A stretch of DNA of 64,000 nt from an uncultured Clostridia bacterium (GCA_930990665.1 CAKNQN010000006.1:17122-81121); one strand, 5' to 3'. Positions 24,621-33,787 are shown, counted from the first letter of the stretch. Program-made: numbers and translations. Notes: generated by a model not told the origin, from the sequence alone.

Positions 24621-25877
24621 TTATGCCTTCGCAAGCGATTCGAAATCGAAGATCGCGCTCAGGATATTCATCGCATAGAAGCGATGCACGAAATCGTTGG
24701 GATGGTTGACGTTGTTGGCCGCCACTTCGTAATAGTTCTTGGTCTGCAGCATCTCGAGGACCCCCTCGTACATGCTCACATACGCGACGTCGAGATACTC
24801 CGTTTCGGCGACGATCTCCTGCAGCTTTTCACACATGAGCTCGTGCGCGCGGGGCGTTTTGGCCGCCTCGTTGGACGGGAAGGGCGCCACCAGGATGATC
24901 TGACATTCGCTGTTCGCGTCCTTGGCGGTGCGCACGATCTCCTTGATGTTGTTCTTGTAGCCGCTGCCGACCAGATCGTTATACACGTCGTTGGTGCCGA
25001 ACGCCACGATCAGGAAATCGGGCGCGAGAGAGGCAAGCCGCGAAAGCTGTTCTTCCTGCGCCGCCCACGTGGACGCCTCGCCGCCCTTGGAGATGTTCGT
25101 GAAGTTCACCTCCACCCCGCCGAACAGCTCCAGCCCCCGCGCCACCAGCTTGGCATAGGGCGGGCAGAAGGGCTCGTGTTTCCACGTCTCGCTCGACGAG
25201 TTGCCCTCGGAAATGCTGTCTCCGAACACGACCATGTCGATCGACTGCTTGTTTTTGATCATCTGCGTCAGCCCGTACAGCTCGTCGGCATACGTCTTCA
25301 CTTTCGTGCGGTCGACCTGCGCAGGATCGTAAACATAGGTGACGTGTATGTAATTTTTGTAGATCAGGCCCGTCTCCGTATAGATGACCCCGTCGGCAAA
25401 CATCTGATACCCGGTGCCCGCGTTGCCCTCGGGATACTCCTCCGGCACGTCGATCCCCTTCGACCAATCGTCCTTGAACACGGGGATGGAACTGCCCTCC
25501 GGCAGGGTGATCGTGTTGCCCTCGATCACGTAGTCCACACCTTCGGTGTATTCCTTCTGCAGCGTCCAGTCGCGCACGGAGATCACCCGCAGCGCATCGT
25601 ACAGGAGATGCCCCTCCACGACGCCGTCTTTCTCCACGACCATCAGCTGCTCGTTGTAGATTACATTGCCCATCCAATAGGGGCGCAGGCGCTCCTCTTC
25701 GTTGTAACTGTACGTCAACGTATCGGTATCCTCCACATAATAAGGTAAATCTGTCGGGTCAAATTTCGGTCCGCCGTCGTCGCCGCCCGGCGTTTCGGAA
25801 GGCGTCGTGCTCCCGCAGCCGGCAAAACTCGCGAAAAGCAGCAACAGCCCGAAAAGCAATGAAAACTTCTTCAGCAT
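24621..25877 (-). CDS. SGNH/GDSL esterase lipoprotein
   Basis: Start ATG 25877 (GGAGGA RBS, lipobox FAG-C); blocks FGDSIS, KGG, GTND, NHPN. Confidence 0.85.
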   Translation of the reverse strand: MLKKFSLLFGLLLLFASFAGCGSTTPSETPGGDDGGPKFDPTDLPYYVEDTDTLTYSYNEEERLRPYWMGNVIYNEQLMVVEKDGVVEGHLLYDALRVISVRDWTLQKEYTEGVDYVIEGNTITLPEGSSIPVFKDDWSKGIDVPEEYPEGNAGTGYQMFADGVIYTETGLIYKNYIHVTYVYDPAQVDRTKVKTYADELYGLTQMIKNKQSIDMVVFGDSISEGNSSSETWKHEPFCPPYAKLVARGLELFGGVEVNFTNISKGGEASTWAAQEEQLSRLASLAPDFLIVAFGTNDVYNDLVGSGYKNNIKEIVRTAKDANSECQIILVAPFPSNEAAKTPRAHELMCEKLQEIVAETEYLDVAYVSMYEGVLEMLQTKNYYEVAANNVNHPNDFVHRFYAMNILSAIFDFESLAKA

Positions 25878-25973
25878 TTTTTCCTCCTGGAAGGGATTTT
25901 TTGCCATAAATGGTGTTTTCGGTTTTTCCAAAACCGAAAAAGGGCATGCCCTTTTTCTTCATTTTGCCGTATC

Positions 25974-26036
25974 ATTTTATCACACATTTCTTCCTTTTGC
26001 CATAGAAAAATCCTATAAAATATTGGTAAAATCCTA
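25974..26036 (-). promoter_or_regulatory. activator-dependent promoter of the ABC/GH operon with AraC-type direct repeats
   Basis: Extended -10 TGnTAAAAT (25974-25982); weak -35; AAAATCCTA repeated at 26007 and 26028 (21-bp spacing). Confidence 0.5.
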
Positions 26037-26055
26037 CATTTTGCCTCCCTTTCGC

Positions 26056-26084
26056 TTGACAGTTTTTCAGGCTTTTTATACAAT
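26056..26084 (+). promoter_or_regulatory. sigmaA promoter of the second AraC gene
   Basis: TTGACA-N17-TACAAT. Confidence 0.65.
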
Positions 26085-26138
26085 ATTATAAAAATATGTA
26101 CATCGCGACGGGCAATGTGGAAAACAGGTGAAAATTTC

Positions 26139-26984
26139 ATGAACGACTTTTACAACTTTTTCCAATCAACCAAGATGGACATCGTGACGGCGGGCTACGC
26201 GGATATCGGCAAGGAATGGAAATACATGGTGAACGACTTTCTGTACGTCCGCATCTACTACATCCGTTCGGGTTCGGCACAGCTGATGCTGATCGACGGG
26301 CCGATCGACCTGGAAGAGGGGTATCTCTATTTCATCCCCGCCTTTTCCATCCTGAGCGGCTCGTGCAGCGGGCAGATGGGGCATTACTTCATCCACATCA
26401 TTCCGGATATCTTCACCGAACACTTTTTCAAGGCCCTCTCCCTCAAACACCGCTGCAAAATGGATGCCGCCGAGGCGGACTTCCTCTTTCCGCTCATCGT
26501 GCACAATTACAACAAGAACACCCTCTCTTCGCGCATCGCCACCGACAGCGCGCTCAAACTTATCTTTTCGCATTTCTTTACCGACCTTTCCGCCGATACC
26601 TCCAACAGCAACCTCAACCGCTTCACCGCCGTGTTCGAATACATCGACAAGCACATCGATGAAAAAATCTATATCCATGAGCTTTCCGCCCTCACCTACA
26701 CCGACGACGCCTATTTTTCTAACCTCTTCAAAAAGACTTTCGGCATCTCCCTGCAGAAATACATCCTCAACAAGAAGACCGACCGCGCCAAATCGCTGCT
26801 TTCCACCGATATGACCGTCGCCGAGATCGCCGAACAGCTCAACTTTTTTGACGCCGCCTCCTTTACCAATTTCTTCAAGAAACAGACCAACATGACCCCC
26901 AAAGATTTCCGCAGCCGCCTGCATAAGAGCCCCTCTTCCGCGCCGCAGGCGGGGCGCAGAACTGACACAAAAAAAGAACCGTGA
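26139..26984 (+). CDS. AraC-family transcriptional regulator
   Basis: RIYYIRSG sensor domain; YFSNLFKKTFGIS and VAEIAEQLNFFDAASFTNFFKKQTNMTP HTH motifs; start ATG 26139 after AGGTG. Confidence 0.9.
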   Translation: MNDFYNFFQSTKMDIVTAGYADIGKEWKYMVNDFLYVRIYYIRSGSAQLMLIDGPIDLEEGYLYFIPAFSILSGSCSGQMGHYFIHIIPDIFTEHFFKALSLKHRCKMDAAEADFLFPLIVHNYNKNTLSSRIATDSALKLIFSHFFTDLSADTSNSNLNRFTAVFEYIDKHIDEKIYIHELSALTYTDDAYFSNLFKKTFGISLQKYILNKKTDRAKSLLSTDMTVAEIAEQLNFFDAASFTNFFKKQTNMTPKDFRSRLHKSPSSAPQAGRRTDTKKEP

Positions 26985-27010
26985 ACCGGTTCTTTTTTTT
27001 CGCGATTTTG

Positions 27011-27067
27011 TTGACATCGCCGCGTTTTGCGTGTATAGTATTAAGTAGAATTGTTGCAAATGCAACA
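27011..27067 (+). promoter_or_regulatory. sigmaA promoter plus palindromic operator of the Crp/Fnr gene
   Basis: TTGACA-N17-TATAGT; TGTTGCA-AA-TGCAACA at 27052-27067, just before the RBS. Confidence 0.6.
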
Positions 27068-27078
27068 CGGAGGAAGAG

Positions 27079-27729
27079 ATGGAACGGAGAAAATACGCGG
27101 AGACCTCCCTCTTTGACGGGGTGACCGACGAAGAATACGCCGCGATGATGACCTGTTTCAAGGCGGTCGTCAAGCCCTACCGCAAGGGAGAAGAGGTGCC
27201 CATGCCGCAGGGACGCGTGGGCGTCGTGCAGGAGGGGAAGATCAGCCTGATCAAGATCGACGTGAACGGGGTGCGCACCATCTTCGAACAGCTGGGCCCC
27301 GGCGGCGTGTTCGGCGACGCGCTGGGTTTTTCCTTGGCAGACGCCTGCCTGTACCTGCTCGCCGATGAAGATTGCAGCGTACTCTACATCGACTATGAAC
27401 ACATCGTCAAGCGTTGCCCCAATGCCTGCACCCACCACAGCACCGTCGTGGCGAACCTCGTCAGACTGATGAGCGAAAAGACGCAGGCCCTCTCCGAACA
27501 CCTGGAAATTCTGAGCCGCCGCACCATCCGCGAAAAACTGACAGCCTACTTTTCTCTTCTGGCCGCCAAAAACAAAAGCTCGTACTTTTCTCTCCCCTTC
27601 TCGCAGACCAGCCTTGCCGACTACGTCTGCGTGGACCGCAGCGCCATGGTGCGCGAACTCAAACGCATGCACGAGGAGGGCATCGTCGAGATCGAACGGC
27701 GCAACGTCAAATTTACGCCCCCCGCATGA
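27079..27729 (+). CDS. Crp/Fnr-family transcriptional regulator
   Basis: cNMP-like domain (YRKGE, GVVQEG, GGVFGD); TIREKL; HTH LADYVCVDRSAMVRELKRMHEEGIV. Confidence 0.9.
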   Translation: MERRKYAETSLFDGVTDEEYAAMMTCFKAVVKPYRKGEEVPMPQGRVGVVQEGKISLIKIDVNGVRTIFEQLGPGGVFGDALGFSLADACLYLLADEDCSVLYIDYEHIVKRCPNACTHHSTVVANLVRLMSEKTQALSEHLEILSRRTIREKLTAYFSLLAAKNKSSYFSLPFSQTSLADYVCVDRSAMVRELKRMHEEGIVEIERRNVKFTPPA

Positions 27730-27866
27730 CTTTGCGGAAACACCGCAACGGGTTTGCCGCCGCGCATGTCAAGCGGGAAATGGCATAACAGCATTGCCGC
27801 GGTGAGAATGTCAAGCGGCAAGGCAAAATAAATTTCTGCCGCGCGAATAACATCGCGGCATACAGC

Positions 27867-27944
27867 AAATTTTTCGCCGCGCGCAGGACTTTGCGGCGGC
27901 AAAACAAAAATTTCCGCCGCGCACAGGACTTTGCAGCGGCAAAA
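27867..27944. repeat. ~38-bp imperfect direct repeat
   Basis: AAATTT..CGCCGCGC(G/A)CAGGACTTTGC(G/A)GCGGCAAAA twice; similar words at 57472-57556. Confidence 0.65.
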
Positions 27945-27992
27945 TATAAAAAGAGCGGGGAACGATTCGTTCCCCGCTCTTTTTATATTTTG
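27940..27992. terminator. bidirectional terminator, perfect 25-bp inverted repeat
   Basis: CAAAATATAAAAAGAGCGGGGAACG-ATT-CGTTCCCCGCTCTTTTTATATTTTG between convergent genes. Confidence 0.8.
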
Positions 27993-28022
27993 ACTTGCTC
28001 AGATTTATTTTCCCGCTCGGAT

Positions 28023-28739
28023 TCATTTTTCCGCGGACGGTGCAAGGCTGCACAGATCGCGGACGATCTCTCCGGCGAGCAGGAGACCGGCGGCCGAGGG
28101 GACGAAGGAGATGCTGCCGATCCAGCGCTCCCCTTTTTCCGCCTGCGCGCGGGAGGGCACGAGGGGCTCTGACGGCGAATACACCGCCTTCACACCCGTG
28201 ACGCCCGCCTTTTTCAGTTCCCGGCGCACGATGCGCGCGAGCGGGCATCCGCTCGTTTTTTCGATGACGTCTACCCGAAAATCGGAAACGATGCGGTTGC
28301 CTGCCCCCATGCACGAGAGGACGGGGACCCCCGCAGCGCGCGCCGCAAGGATGAGCCGCACTTTGTCCGAAACGCTGTCGATGCAGTCGGCCACATAGTC
28401 GTAGACGGAAAAATCAAAGCGGGGCGCCGTCTGCTCGTTGTAAAAGACGGGGATCGCCGCCGCGCGGCAGGACGGGGAAATATCCGAGGCGCGCGCCGCC
28501 ATCACCTCCGCCTTGTTCCTGCCGAGGGTGGAGGTGAGCGCGATCAGCTGGCGGTTGAGATTGCTCTCCGCCACGACGTCTCCGTCGATAAAGTCGAGGC
28601 TGCCCACGCCCGCGCGGACGAGCGCTTCCGCCGCATACGAACCGACGCCGCCGATGCCGAACACGGCGACGCGGGCGCCCTGTAATTTTTCAAAATTTTC
28701 TTCGCCGATGAGCGAGATCTCACGCTGAAATGCCGACAT
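28023..28739 (-). CDS. tcdA: tRNA threonylcarbamoyladenosine dehydratase (ThiF family)
   Basis: GIGGVGSYAAEALVRAGVG, SNLNRQ, DCIDSV, MGAGNR, CPLARIVRRELKK, ISFVP. Confidence 0.85.
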   Translation of the reverse strand: MSAFQREISLIGEENFEKLQGARVAVFGIGGVGSYAAEALVRAGVGSLDFIDGDVVAESNLNRQLIALTSTLGRNKAEVMAARASDISPSCRAAAIPVFYNEQTAPRFDFSVYDYVADCIDSVSDKVRLILAARAAGVPVLSCMGAGNRIVSDFRVDVIEKTSGCPLARIVRRELKKAGVTGVKAVYSPSEPLVPSRAQAEKGERWIGSISFVPSAAGLLLAGEIVRDLCSLAPSAEK

Positions 28740-28742
28740 TCT

Positions 28743-29504
28743 CTATTTCTCCGCTGCCGTGACCGCAAAGGGAGAGGCCCACGCTCCTTCCGCCGCGCGG
28801 ACTGCGGCGACACGCTCCGCTTCGCTCACGCCCTCCGGCGAAAAGGAAGTGCGGCTTGCCGCGATGCCGAGTACCGCCTCCGCAAAGGTGAGGCCGGCGA
28901 CCAGGCGGCCCGTGCCGTACGAGAGATGAAACCCGTCGCGCGTGAGCTTGTCGCCCAGAAGCGCCCGCGCGTTCTGCACGGCGGTGCCGCAAGGGACGAT
29001 CGCGGAAAAATCGCCGCGCGGCAGCACGCACTCCTTCACCGCCGCCAGAATGCTCTCGTACATGCGCTGCTGGCTGCGCCCGTAAAAGAGAAAATTCTCC
29101 CCTTCGAAGTCCGACTGGTACGCCCAGGTCATGTTCCACACCAGCCGCGCCTGCGGCGCCCGCGCCCGCACATAGGCGATCAGTTCGCCGAGATAGGGCT
29201 CGTACGTCTCTTTGCGCCCGCTCAGCGGGCTCGCCTGCTGCAGGCTGACGACGTCCCACTTCTGCGCAGTCAGCGCATCGCCCAGCCGAAATCCCGCCGC
29301 GGTGCTCCACTCCCCCGCCCCGTCCGTGCGGTACTCGTACGCCGCGGCATCCGCCCGCGCGTTGGCAACGTGCGTTTCCAGCGAACATCCCCCGATATAC
29401 AGGTTGCCCAGATACAGCTCGCCCACGCCCGCGCTGCGCGCGATCGGATATACATATTCCATCGTATCGTCGGAAAAACTGTTGCCGACGGCTAAGATCT
29501 TCAT
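28743..29504 (-). CDS. DUF4886-family SGNH-like hydrolase
   Basis: KILAVGNSFS, LYIGGCSL, WDVVSLQQAS, TWAY, RDGFHL. Confidence 0.8.
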   Translation of the reverse strand: MKILAVGNSFSDDTMEYVYPIARSAGVGELYLGNLYIGGCSLETHVANARADAAAYEYRTDGAGEWSTAAGFRLGDALTAQKWDVVSLQQASPLSGRKETYEPYLGELIAYVRARAPQARLVWNMTWAYQSDFEGENFLFYGRSQQRMYESILAAVKECVLPRGDFSAIVPCGTAVQNARALLGDKLTRDGFHLSYGTGRLVAGLTFAEAVLGIAASRTSFSPEGVSEAERVAAVRAAEGAWASPFAVTAAEK

Positions 29505-29695
29505 GCCTTCCCTCCGCTTTTTTCTGTTTCATTATACTCACAATGAAAAATGTGGGCAAGCAAAAGCGAACGGATTTTCTATTTTTTGCGAGAATTTTTC
29601 AAATACTATTGAAATACGGCGGTTTTTGTATTATAATATTAAAGAAGCGGGCATTTTGTATGAAATTTCCGCCCGCGGATAAGGGAGTTAAAATT

Positions 29696-31765
29696 ATGAG
29701 CATCAAAGGCGAGGACATCCGGAATATTGCGGTCATCGGGCACAGCGGGGAGGGCAAGACCTCCGTATGTGAGGCGATCCTGTTCAACGGCAAGGCGACG
29801 GACCGGCTGGGAAAGGTTTCGGACGGGACGACCGTGACCGACTGCGACGACCAGGAGATCGCGCGGAAAATGTCCATTTCCCTCTCCACCGCTTACGCGA
29901 TGTGGGACGGCGTGAAGCTGAATCTTCTGGACGTGCCCGGTTTTTACGATTTTGAAGGGGAAGAGAACGAGGCCCTGCGCGCCGCGGGCGGCGCGCTGAT
30001 CGTGACCGGCGCCAACGGTTCGGTGAGCGTGGGAGCAGAAAAGGCGATCGAAAAATGTCTGAAAAACAAGATCCCCATGGTCATCTTCATCAACGGCATG
30101 GACAAAGAAAACGCCGACTATAAGGGAACGGTCGCCGCACTCAAAGAAAAATACGCGGGCAAGATCGCCCCTATCCAGATCCCGCTGATGGAAGGGAACA
30201 AGATGGTCGGGTACATCAACGCCCTCAAAGAGACCTGCTATCACTTCGCTGACGAGGCGAAAAAACAGCCGGTGCCCATCCCCGAAGATCTCAAAGGCAC
30301 CCTCGCCGAAATGCAGGCAAGCCTTACGGAGACCGCCGCCGAAAACGACGAGGCGCTCCTCGACAAGTATTTCGAGGCGGGCGAACTGACAAAAGACGAG
30401 ATCATCCACGGCATCCGCAAGGGCATCTACAACGTGAACACCATCCCCGTGATGGCGGGTTCGGCTTTGCAGAACAAGGGCATCATCAACCTCATGGACG
30501 AGATCGTCAAATATATGCCCAGCGCCGAGGAGCACCGCGAAATGCTCGCCACCTCGCCGGACACGAACGAGCTCGTGAGCGTCAACTGCGAGGCAGACGG
30601 GCCGTTTGCCGCACAGGTGTTCAAGACGGTCGTCGACCCCTTCGTGGGAAAACTCAACGTCATGAAGGTCTTCCGCGGCACACTCAAAGCGGGAAGCACG
30701 GTCTACAACGCCACGACGGAAAAACAGGAACGCATCAGCCAGATCTATCTTCTGCGCGGCAAAAAACAGGAAACCGTATCCGAACTTTCCGCGGGCGACA
30801 TCGGCGCCGTGAGCAAACTTGCCGCCACCGGCACGGGCGACACCCTCTGCGACGAGAACGCCAAAGTCAGATTTGACCCCATCCATTTCCCCCGCCCCGT
30901 CCTTTCCATGGCCATCTACGCCGAAAAGAAGGGAGACGAGGACAAGATCTTCCAGGGCCTGAACAAACTGGCGGAAGAGGACCTCTCCTTCACCGTGACC
31001 AAAAACCGCGAGACGGGCGAAACGCTCATCTCCGGCCAGGGCGAGACGCACCTCGACGTCATCAATAAGAAACTGAAGGCGAAATTCAACGTTTCCGCCC
31101 TTCTCAAAACGCCCAAGATCGCCTACCGCGAAACCATCCGCAAGACGGTGGAAGCGGAAGGAAAACATAAAAAGCAGTCGGGCGGCCACGGCCAGTACGG
31201 ACACTGCAAGGTGCGCTTTGAACCCTTCGACGGCGATTTCGAGTTTGCCGAAGAGGTCGTGGGAGGTTCAGTGCCCAAACAGTATATCCCCGCCGTCGAA
31301 AAGGGACTGATCGAGTGCCTGCCCCACGGCGTTCTGGCAGGATACCCCGTGACGGGGCTGCGCGCCGTGCTCTACGACGGAAGCTACCACGACGTCGACT
31401 CCTCGGAAATGGCGTTCAAACTCGCCGCCGCCCTCGCTTTCAAAGAGGGACTCAAAAACGCGAAGCCGGTGCTCTTGGAACCCATCATGAAACTGCGCAT
31501 CGCCATCCCCGAATCCTACCTCGGCGACATCATGGGCGATATGAACAAGCGCCGCGGCAGGATCCTCGGCATCGACATGCTCGAAGGCCTGCAGGTCGTG
31601 AACGCCGAAGCGCCGCAGTCGGAGATCCAGAAATACGCGACCGATCTGCGCAGCATGACGCAGGGCCGCGGGAAATTCTCGGCCGAACTCGTGCGCTACG
31701 AAGAGGTTCCCGCCCCCGAAGCGGAGAAGATCATCCAGGCGCGCGAGGCGGAAAAAGAACAGTAA
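29696..31765 (+). CDS. fusA: elongation factor G paralogue (EF-G2-like, stand-alone)
   Basis: Start ATG 29696. Five-domain EF-G with YRETI, KKQSGGHGQYG, DGSYHDVDSSEMAF, LRSMTQGRG; divergent G motifs. TTGAAA-N17-TATAAT promoter at 29609-29637. Confidence 0.9.
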   Translation: MSIKGEDIRNIAVIGHSGEGKTSVCEAILFNGKATDRLGKVSDGTTVTDCDDQEIARKMSISLSTAYAMWDGVKLNLLDVPGFYDFEGEENEALRAAGGALIVTGANGSVSVGAEKAIEKCLKNKIPMVIFINGMDKENADYKGTVAALKEKYAGKIAPIQIPLMEGNKMVGYINALKETCYHFADEAKKQPVPIPEDLKGTLAEMQASLTETAAENDEALLDKYFEAGELTKDEIIHGIRKGIYNVNTIPVMAGSALQNKGIINLMDEIVKYMPSAEEHREMLATSPDTNELVSVNCEADGPFAAQVFKTVVDPFVGKLNVMKVFRGTLKAGSTVYNATTEKQERISQIYLLRGKKQETVSELSAGDIGAVSKLAATGTGDTLCDENAKVRFDPIHFPRPVLSMAIYAEKKGDEDKIFQGLNKLAEEDLSFTVTKNRETGETLISGQGETHLDVINKKLKAKFNVSALLKTPKIAYRETIRKTVEAEGKHKKQSGGHGQYGHCKVRFEPFDGDFEFAEEVVGGSVPKQYIPAVEKGLIECLPHGVLAGYPVTGLRAVLYDGSYHDVDSSEMAFKLAAALAFKEGLKNAKPVLLEPIMKLRIAIPESYLGDIMGDMNKRRGRILGIDMLEGLQVVNAEAPQSEIQKYATDLRSMTQGRGKFSAELVRYEEVPAPEAEKIIQAREAEKEQ

Positions 31766-31803
31766 AAAAGGGCCGCCGCGGCAAAAGCCGCGGCGGCTTT
31801 TCT
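31766..31803 (+). terminator. rho-independent terminator
   Basis: GCCGCCGCGGC-AAAA-GCCGCGGCGGC then TTTT. Confidence 0.75.
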
Positions 31804-31953
31804 TATGACATTCTCCATGATCGCACGCCGACAGCCGTGCGAAGGCCCGAAAAAAACCTTTGAAAAAATGCCTGCGTAACAGCTTGCAAAAAATGTTTGA
31901 ATTCTCGAAAAACGGGCGACGTCCTATGAAAAAATGTTCGTCCGGCAAAAGCC

Positions 31954-32004
31954 GACCGATGTTTGAATGACCGATGTTTGAATGACCGATGTTTGATGAC
32001 CGAT
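31954..32004. repeat. 15-bp tandem repeat (GACCGATGTTTGAAT), about 3.5 copies
   Basis: Copies at 31954, 31969, 31984 (1-nt deletion) and a partial copy at 31998. Confidence 0.85.
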
Positions 32005-32161
32005 ATAAGCTTTGAAAAATTCCGCTTGGCGAAAACCGGTCGATGTCGGAGCGTCCGGAAAATTGCAGCGCTCTTGCAAGCAAACGGTACGCTTGACAAA
32101 AAACAAACGGAGCGGGACGGCTCACGCCGCCCCGCTCCGTTTTTCGGATGCAAGAGGGAAA

Positions 32162-32581
32162 TTATTCGATGAGAATCCGGCTCTCTTCCGCTTTCTTGGC
32201 AGCTTCCTTCGGAATGGTCACGTTCAGAATGCCGTTTTCGTATTTCGCTTTGATGTCTTCCTTGCGAATGTCGCCGACATAGTAGCTACGGCTGCAGGAA
32301 AAACTGCGTTCACGATGAATGTAGTTTTCTTTCTTGCCGCTCTCGTTCTTTTCCGTCTTGTTCACGGAAATATTCAGATACCCGTCTTTCAGATCGACGT
32401 GAATGTCGTTCTTGTCCATGCCGGGCAGCTCCACTTCCATCAGATAAGAATCTTCATTCTCCTTGATGTCCGTGCGCATATATTTCTGGCTGTGCTTGCC
32501 GCTGTAAAATGCAGGGAAGAAATCATGCATCGCTTCTTCAAAGAAATCGTAATCGTTCGTCCTTGAAATTTCGTTTTTCAT
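32162..32581 (-). CDS. Hsp20/alpha-crystallin small heat-shock protein
   Basis: MRTDIKE, ELPG, YIHRER, IKAKYENGILNVTIPK. Confidence 0.93.
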   Translation of the reverse strand: MKNEISRTNDYDFFEEAMHDFFPAFYSGKHSQKYMRTDIKENEDSYLMEVELPGMDKNDIHVDLKDGYLNISVNKTEKNESGKKENYIHRERSFSCSRSYYVGDIRKEDIKAKYENGILNVTIPKEAAKKAEESRILIE

Positions 32582-32600
32582 AATATCATCTCCTTCTATG

Positions 32601-32679
32601 TCAGCACTTCTTGTTTAGGAGTGCTAGCACTCATTTCTTAATTCTGCTAATATTATAGCACTTTCTATTTTTAAGTCAA
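32601..32679 (-). promoter_or_regulatory. two overlapping CIRCE (HrcA) operators and sigmaA promoter
   Basis: TCAGCACTT-N9-GAGTGCTAG (32601-32627) and CTAGCACTC-N9-TTCTGCTAA (32624-32650); minus-strand TTGACT-N16-TATAAT with an extended TG. Confidence 0.8.
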
Positions 32680-33055
32680 GCGTTTGAACAAAGTTTTTTT
32701 ATTTTTTTTGAAAAATTTTTTTGAAACAAAAAAAACGGCCTTACGGCCGACCTGTCGGTGAGTATATTTACCTGTTCTTGCCGCGCCTCGCCCGACCGAC
32801 GCGGAGATATACGAGGTCAGGCTAAAAAATGGCGGCAAAAAAGCGGCAGGCGAACTTGTGAAAGTTTGCGGCGCCCCCCTGCAAAATACTTTGCAGAAGC
32901 AGGACACCGCGCGCAAGCAGAGCAATTTTTACGGCGCGGACTTTCCGAGAAAGCGGCCCGTATGCGGCCGCGGATATCGGCGGAAAGAGCGCGAGCCGTG
33001 ACTTTTTCTTTTTAAGCCGCATCGCCCCATACAATGGGGCGATGCGGAAAAGTTT

Positions 33056-33787
33056 TTATTTTTTCGGCTGCATTGCGGGCGCTTTTGCGGGTTGCGCCTG
33101 CCGCACAGAGGAGGGGTCGGCCGCGGTGTCTGCCGGCGGACACGCAGAAGATTTATCGGCCGCGGCATCAGCCTCCTTCTGCCCCGAACAAGCGGGGACG
33201 AGCACAGAATCGCCCGCCTTGTTGCAGGCAACGGACGGCGCGGCATCGGACGCGGCGCGCGGCGAAGCGGGCTTCGGCGCAGACTCAGGGGCGATGCCTG
33301 CGGCTTTGAGTAGTTTTTCCAGCTGTTCCTGGCGGACAAGCAGGCGGTTGACCTTGTTGTGCAGATCTTCGATGAGGATCTCCGTCTTGAGGTTGACCTT
33401 ATAATCGTTTTCGGCGCGGCGGCGGTCCTTTTCTTCCTGACGGTTCTGGCTCATCATGATCAGCGGCGCCTGAATGGCCGCCACACAGGAGAGCACGAGG
33501 TTGAGAAGAATGAAGGGATAGCCGTCGAACGCGCGGGTGCCGAGCAGAACGTTGACGAGCATCCACAGCACCAGAACGCCCACAAAAGAAAAGATAAACG
33601 CCCAGCTGCCCGCAAATTTGGCGATCTTATCCGCCGCGCGCTGGCCGAACGTGTAGCTCTTTTTGCTCTCTTTGGCCGTATCGACCGAGATCTTGCTCCC
33701 CGCCAGAAGGGAAAGCACTTCCTCGTCCGACATGTCTTTTTTGATGTCCTTTACAATTTCGCTGACAAGCAATCTGTTATCTTTCAT
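33056..33787 (-). CDS. DUF1003-family membrane protein with a low-complexity tail
   Basis: TFGQRAADKIAKFAGSWAFI, FDGYPFILLNLVLSCVAAIQAPLIMMSQNRQ; start ATG 33787. Confidence 0.88.
   Translation of the reverse strand: MKDNRLLVSEIVKDIKKDMSDEEVLSLLAGSKISVDTAKESKKSYTFGQRAADKIAKFAGSWAFIFSFVGVLVLWMLVNVLLGTRAFDGYPFILLNLVLSCVAAIQAPLIMMSQNRQEEKDRRRAENDYKVNLKTEILIEDLHNKVNRLLVRQEQLEKLLKAAGIAPESAPKPASPRAASDAAPSVACNKAGDSVLVPACSGQKEADAAADKSSACPPADTAADPSSVRQAQPAKAPAMQPKK

Noticed and set aside
29696-31765. TetM/TetO ribosomal protection protein
   Set aside because: It has EF-G-specific domain IV motifs (KQSGGHGQYG, SYHDVDSS) and EF-G length.
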